The position numbers were made by a program, and so were the translations under genes. Below the pieces are notes generated by a model, which searched no databases, was not told the DNA's origin, and saw only the letters and a list, made by a program, of their open reading frames with translations. A DNA stretch of 39,423 nucleotides from Candidatus Limnocylindrus sp. (lineage in GTDB: Bacteria; Chloroflexota; Limnocylindria; Limnocylindrales; Limnocylindraceae): the NCBI GenBank assembly GCA_051006395.1, contig JBPCTG010000033.1:1-39423 (forward strand). The letters run 5' to 3'. This document shows, piece after piece, positions 35,663 through 39,423 of the stretch (position 1 is its first letter; each line of letters starts with the position of its first letter).

Positions 35663-36397
35663 TTATCGGCGCGAACCGATCGCCGAGGAGACCTCAAGGA
35701 TCGCCTTCGTGATGTTGATCCCGCGCGGACATGCATCTACGCAGTTGAAGGTGGTGCGACAACGCCAAACGCCGTCCTCGTCGGCGAGGATCTCGAGCCG
35801 ATCGTCGGCCGCCTCGTCGCGCGAGTCAAAGATGAAGCGGTGCGCGTTCACAATCGCCGCTGGGCCCACATAGTCGGGTTGCGCCCAGAACGATGGGCAC
35901 GAGCTCGTGCAGGCGGCGCAGAGAATGCACTTCGTCGTGTCGTCGTAACGATCGCGCTGCTCCTGGGTCTGATGGCGCTCCCCCTCCCCCACCGGCTCTT
36001 CGGCGACAAGGAACGGCAGCACCGACCGGTACTTGCCGAAGAAGGCATCCATGTCGACGACCAGATCCTTGATGACGGGGAGTCCGGGGAGCGGTGCGAC
36101 GCTGATGCTCTTGCCGAGCTGCTCAACCCGCACCTTGCAGGCGAGGCGGTTGCGTCCATTGATCATGAGGGCATCGGATCCGCATACGCCGTGCGCGCAG
36201 GAGCGGCGGAAGGTGAGGCTCCCGTCGAACAACTCCTTCGCGCGGGTGAGGAGGTCGAGGACGCGATCCATCGGCTCCACAGGCACGGTGTAGTTGACCC
36301 AGTGCGGCGCAGCATCGCGCTCAGGGTCGAAGCGCTGGATCTTCAGTTCAACGCTGCTCACTGAATGCCTCCCATCAACTGCATGCCTTTCGTTCAA
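35663..36397 (-). CDS. sdhB: Succinate dehydrogenase/fumarate reductase iron-sulfur subunit
   Basis: 244 aa. Three Cys clusters: CAHGVCGSDA..C, CILCAACTSSCP, and CRTTFNCVDACP. Confidence 0.95.
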   Translation of the reverse strand: MNERHAVDGRHSVSSVELKIQRFDPERDAAPHWVNYTVPVEPMDRVLDLLTRAKELFDGSLTFRRSCAHGVCGSDALMINGRNRLACKVRVEQLGKSISVAPLPGLPVIKDLVVDMDAFFGKYRSVLPFLVAEEPVGEGERHQTQEQRDRYDDTTKCILCAACTSSCPSFWAQPDYVGPAAIVNAHRFIFDSRDEAADDRLEILADEDGVWRCRTTFNCVDACPRGINITKAILEVSSAIGSRR

Positions 36398-36406
36398 TGC
36401 CCTTCA

Positions 36407-38188
36407 TTAGTAGACTCGCGGCTTCGGCTCAAAGGTGGTGATCGTTACCGGCTTGTAGGCGATTCGCTCCACAGGCGCGCCATCGCTTCCGCGGAAGACC
36501 ATCGTGTGGGCGAGGAACTTGGAATCGTCACGGTCGGGGTAGTCCTCGCGGCTGTGTGCGCCGCGCGACTCCTTGCGAGCGAGCGCAGAGACGGCGGTTG
36601 CCTCGGCGGTGTCGAGCAGGTAGCCGAGCTCGCGGGCCTCGAGGAGGTCGGTGTTGAAGACGCTTCCCGTATCCTCCACGCGCACTCGCGCGTACTCCCC
36701 CTTGAGGCGGGCGATCTCGCGCACGGCGGCCGAGAGGAGCGCCTCGTCGCGGTAGACGCCGACGTTATCCATCATGAGCGCGGCGAGGTCGCGACGAATC
36801 TCTGCCGGGCGCACCCCTTCGGGGCGGCTCGCCATCGCCGCCATCTCATCGGCGACCGCCGTCTCGGCACCGGAGCGAGCGGCGGGTAGCTGGGTCGACT
36901 TGCAGATCGCTGCCATGCGCTTCCCGGCACGCTTGCCGAAGACGAGAAGGTCAACGAGCGAGTTCGTGCCGAGGCGATTGGCTCCGTGAACGCTGACGCA
37001 GGCAACCTCGCCAGCGGCGAAGAGTCCAGGCACGACGCTGCCGTCGGGGCCGGCGATCACCTCGGTGTTGAGGTTCGTCGGTACGCCGCCCATGGCGTAG
37101 TGGGCGGTCGGCTGAATCGGCACCGGCTCGCTGATCGGCTCAACCCCTTGGTAGACGCGCGCAAAGTCGGTGATGTCGGGGAGCTTCTCCTCGATCACCT
37201 TGCGCCCAAGGTGGCGCACGTCGAGGTAGACGTAGTCCTTCCCGTCTATGCCGCGACCGGCGCGCACCTCTTGGTAGATCGCACGCGAGACCATGTCGCG
37301 CGGCGCAAGCTCCATCAGCTTCGGCGCGTAACTCTCCATGAAGCGTTTCCCTTCGTTATTGAGCAGGTAGCCACCCTCACCGCGCGCCGCCTCTGAGAGG
37401 AGGATCCCGATGCCGACGATCCCCGTAGGGTGGAACTGGTAGAACTCCATATCCATCAACGGCACGCCGTGGCGCCAGGCAAGCGCCATCCCGTCGCCGG
37501 TGAGCGAGTGTGCGTTCGAGGTGACGCGCCAAGCGCGCCCATACCCGCCCGTTGCAAGGAGCACGGTCTTCGCGCGGAAGACGTGGAGCGAGCCGTCAGA
37601 GATCTTGTAGCCGACCACGCCGCTGCAGCGACCCCCCTTGTCGGCCTCGCCACCTTCGAAGACCAAGTCAACAACGTGATACTCGTCGTAAAACTTCACG
37701 CCGGCCTTGATGCACTGCTGGTAGAGCGTCTGCAAGATCATGTGGCCGGTGCGATCTGCTGCGTAGCAGCTGCGACGCACCGGGCCCTCTCCGTAGTTGC
37801 GGGTGTGGCCACCGAAGCGACGCTGGTCAATCTTTCCGTCGGGGGTGCGGTTGAACGGAAGGCCCATGCGCTCGAGTTCGATCACGGCCGGGATCGCCTC
37901 GCGAGCGAGCACCTCGGCTGCATCCTGATCGGTGAGGTAGTCGCCGCCCTTCACCGTGTCGAACATGTGCCACTCCCAGTGATCCTCTTCGACGTTGCCG
38001 AGCGCTGCGCAGACGCCGCCTTGCGCCGCGCCGGTATGGGAGCGCGTTGGGTAGAGCTTCGTCAGCACTGCGGTGGGGATCCCCTCACGAGCCAACTCCA
38101 GCGCGGCCCAGAGTCCAGCACCTCCGGCGCCGACCACAACCGCGTCGATGTCGGTTCTGCTCGCGTTCGCTCGGAGGGCGCCGCTCAC
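36407..38188 (-). CDS. sdhA: Succinate dehydrogenase flavoprotein subunit
   Basis: 593 aa. VVVGAGGAGLWAA (FAD fold), RSHTGAAQGG (FAD-linking His), HPTG, and ACVSVHGANRLG. Confidence 0.97.
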   Translation of the reverse strand: MSGALRANASRTDIDAVVVGAGGAGLWAALELAREGIPTAVLTKLYPTRSHTGAAQGGVCAALGNVEEDHWEWHMFDTVKGGDYLTDQDAAEVLAREAIPAVIELERMGLPFNRTPDGKIDQRRFGGHTRNYGEGPVRRSCYAADRTGHMILQTLYQQCIKAGVKFYDEYHVVDLVFEGGEADKGGRCSGVVGYKISDGSLHVFRAKTVLLATGGYGRAWRVTSNAHSLTGDGMALAWRHGVPLMDMEFYQFHPTGIVGIGILLSEAARGEGGYLLNNEGKRFMESYAPKLMELAPRDMVSRAIYQEVRAGRGIDGKDYVYLDVRHLGRKVIEEKLPDITDFARVYQGVEPISEPVPIQPTAHYAMGGVPTNLNTEVIAGPDGSVVPGLFAAGEVACVSVHGANRLGTNSLVDLLVFGKRAGKRMAAICKSTQLPAARSGAETAVADEMAAMASRPEGVRPAEIRRDLAALMMDNVGVYRDEALLSAAVREIARLKGEYARVRVEDTGSVFNTDLLEARELGYLLDTAEATAVSALARKESRGAHSREDYPDRDDSKFLAHTMVFRGSDGAPVERIAYKPVTITTFEPKPRVY

Positions 38189-38194
38189 GTCGCC

Positions 38195-38581
38195 CTATCC
38201 GATCTTGAGGGTGAGCACCACTTGAGTGCCGAGGACGAAGAGGGCGAGGGCAAGGGCGTAGAGGATCCCCAACGCAACCCGACGTAGGCGCGACGGCACG
38301 TAATCCTGCAGCACCGTGCGCATGCCGAGGAACCCGTGCACGAGGACCGCCATCAGCATCCCCCAGTCGAGGGCGCGAAGGGTGACGGAGCTCCAGCGCA
38401 TCTGTCGCACCCACTCAGCGCTCTGATCCGCGGGGTCGTACACAAAATGCGTCATCGCGAAATGTGCGAGCGCGAGAACGAAGAGGGCGAGCGAGCTGAT
38501 GCGTACCGCGTACCAAACGTAGAGATCGACGCGCGAACCGACCGGCCGGGGTCGTCCAGAGCGCGAGTAGCGCTCGCTCAT
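38195..38581 (-). CDS. sdhD: Succinate dehydrogenase hydrophobic membrane anchor subunit
   Basis: 128 aa with three hydrophobic helices containing His residues. Positioned between sdhC and sdhA, with a 4-nt overlap with sdhC. The call rests mainly on position and topology. Confidence 0.72.
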   Translation of the reverse strand: MSERYSRSGRPRPVGSRVDLYVWYAVRISSLALFVLALAHFAMTHFVYDPADQSAEWVRQMRWSSVTLRALDWGMLMAVLVHGFLGMRTVLQDYVPSRLRRVALGILYALALALFVLGTQVVLTLKIG

Positions 38582-38991
38582 CGTGCGACCTCCCAGATCG
38601 GCTTCAAGATGATGTACGCGCCGGGGAGGCCGATGGCGAAGAAGGTGATCCAGACGGCGCGCCAGAGTGCGCGGTGATACGCGGTGAGCGCGGGCCAGAA
38701 GTCCATCACCACAATGCGCATGCCATTCAGCGCGTGATAGAAGAGCGCCGCGCCGAGGAGCGTCTCCATGATGCGCCCTGGTGGGCTGGAGTAAATCGCT
38801 CCAAGGAAGTCATAGGCCTCTGGGTTCGCACCAATGAGCCAGATGTCGAAGACGTGCAGGATGATGAACGCCCACACCCCGATGCCGGAGGCGCGGTGAA
38901 AGGCCCAGGCGACCATCCCCTCGCCACCGCGGTAGGTGAGGTAGCGCCCGATGCCGGCTGGTGCGGCGCCTCGATCGCTGCCTTGCGCCAC
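38578..38991 (-). CDS. sdhC: Succinate dehydrogenase cytochrome b subunit
   Basis: 137 aa. WAFHRASGIGVWAFIILH and FYHALNGMR are typical of SdhC. GTG start with SD GGAGGTGGAGGG. Confidence 0.8.
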   Translation of the reverse strand: MAQGSDRGAAPAGIGRYLTYRGGEGMVAWAFHRASGIGVWAFIILHVFDIWLIGANPEAYDFLGAIYSSPPGRIMETLLGAALFYHALNGMRIVVMDFWPALTAYHRALWRAVWITFFAIGLPGAYIILKPIWEVAR

Positions 38992-39163
38992 CCCTCCACC
39001 TCCCGAGCGTCTTGAGCCGCCGCGGCGAGCGCCGCTGACCTACCGCCATCGTAACCGCGACGCTTCTTCGCTGCACGCGTACACTCCCCAGCAACGGCGC
39101 CGCTCGGCGCCACCTGGCACCGTCGTCGACGGGGCCAGCGCAGGGGCTCGGGGGGGCGGCGAC

Positions 39164-39423
39164 GTGAAGATCCACGAGGCAGAGGCGCGCGAGCTGCTCA
39201 GCCGCTTCGGACTTCCCGTACCCGACGGCGCAACCGCAACCACCCCCGCCGCGGCGCGCGCAGCCGCCGAGCGCCTCTTTGCCGCCGGCGCAAAGCAGGT
39301 CGTCATCAAAGCGCAGGTGCTCGTCGGCGGTCGTGGCAAGGCGGGTGGCGTGAAGCTCGCCGCCAGCGCCGCTGAGGCTGAGAGCGTTGCCGCTGCGATC
39401 CTGGCTCTCACGATCAAGGATCT
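39164..39423 (+). CDS. sucC: Succinyl-CoA synthetase beta subunit (5' fragment, runs off the right edge)
   Basis: Absent from the ORF track. Hand translation from GTG 39164 gives (M)KIHEAEARELLSRFGLPVPDG...VVIKAQVLVGGRGKAGGVKLA, the canonical SucC ATP-grasp N-terminus. Confidence 0.9.
   Translation, partial: MKIHEAEARELLSRFGLPVPDGATATTPAAARAAAERLFAAGAKQVVIKAQVLVGGRGKAGGVKLAASAAEAESVAAAILALTIKD

Noticed and set aside
35663-35696. Programmed -1 frameshift from sdhB into the RNase H frame. The RNase H frame is the -1 frame of sdhB and is open across the last 10 sdhB codons.
   Set aside because: There is no X-XXY-YYZ slippery heptamer in the 30-nt window and no obvious downstream stimulatory structure. 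SdhB also ends at a normal length. I kept only a mention as an outside possibility under the RNase H-MBL finding.

Overview
Very GC-rich (roughly 70% by eye, not computed), densely packed core-genome segment, almost entirely on the minus strand. I found no mobile elements, CRISPR arrays, toxin or defence genes, or obviously foreign DNA, and I do not see a novel multi-gene system here. The window reads as housekeeping DNA with several local oddities. Left to right: a PcrA/UvrD helicase missing only a few C-terminal codons off the left edge (missed by the ORF track); groES-groEL with a near-perfect CIRCE operator; metG-tatD; an ssb paralogue; rsmI-nadE; nudix-gcvT-gcvH plus an orphan solute-binding lipoprotein; aconitase; tRNA-Val(CAC); a translationally coupled division/cell-wall cluster mraZ-rsmH-ftsL-ftsI-murF-mraY-murD-ftsW-murG-murB-ddl-ftsQ-ftsA-ftsZ-yggS-yggT; an RNase P RNA gene (rnpB) hidden under spurious ORFs; an RNase HI/PhnP-like metallo-beta-lactamase fusion gene; sdhCDAB; and the 5' end of sucC (also missed by the track). 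Most long plus-strand ORFs in the track are antisense shadows typical of high-GC DNA. Points most worth a second look: (1) the RNase H-MBL fusion, whose catalytic N-terminal half lies upstream of any canonical start codon and which ends 9 nt before rnpB; (2) a MetRS whose HIGH signature reads GLHT; (3) an apparently reduced RNase P RNA specificity domain; (4) a phased A(A/G)GTGG repeat array, a likely MraZ operator, over a clear promoter; (5) a dcw cluster lacking murE, murC and sepF but containing ftsA. Several features are reminiscent of deep-branching high-GC Actinobacteriota: the Rv2228c-like RNase H domain, a GroEL ending in ...MDF, and -10 hexamers 6 nt from start codons. That taxonomic assignment is inference only.
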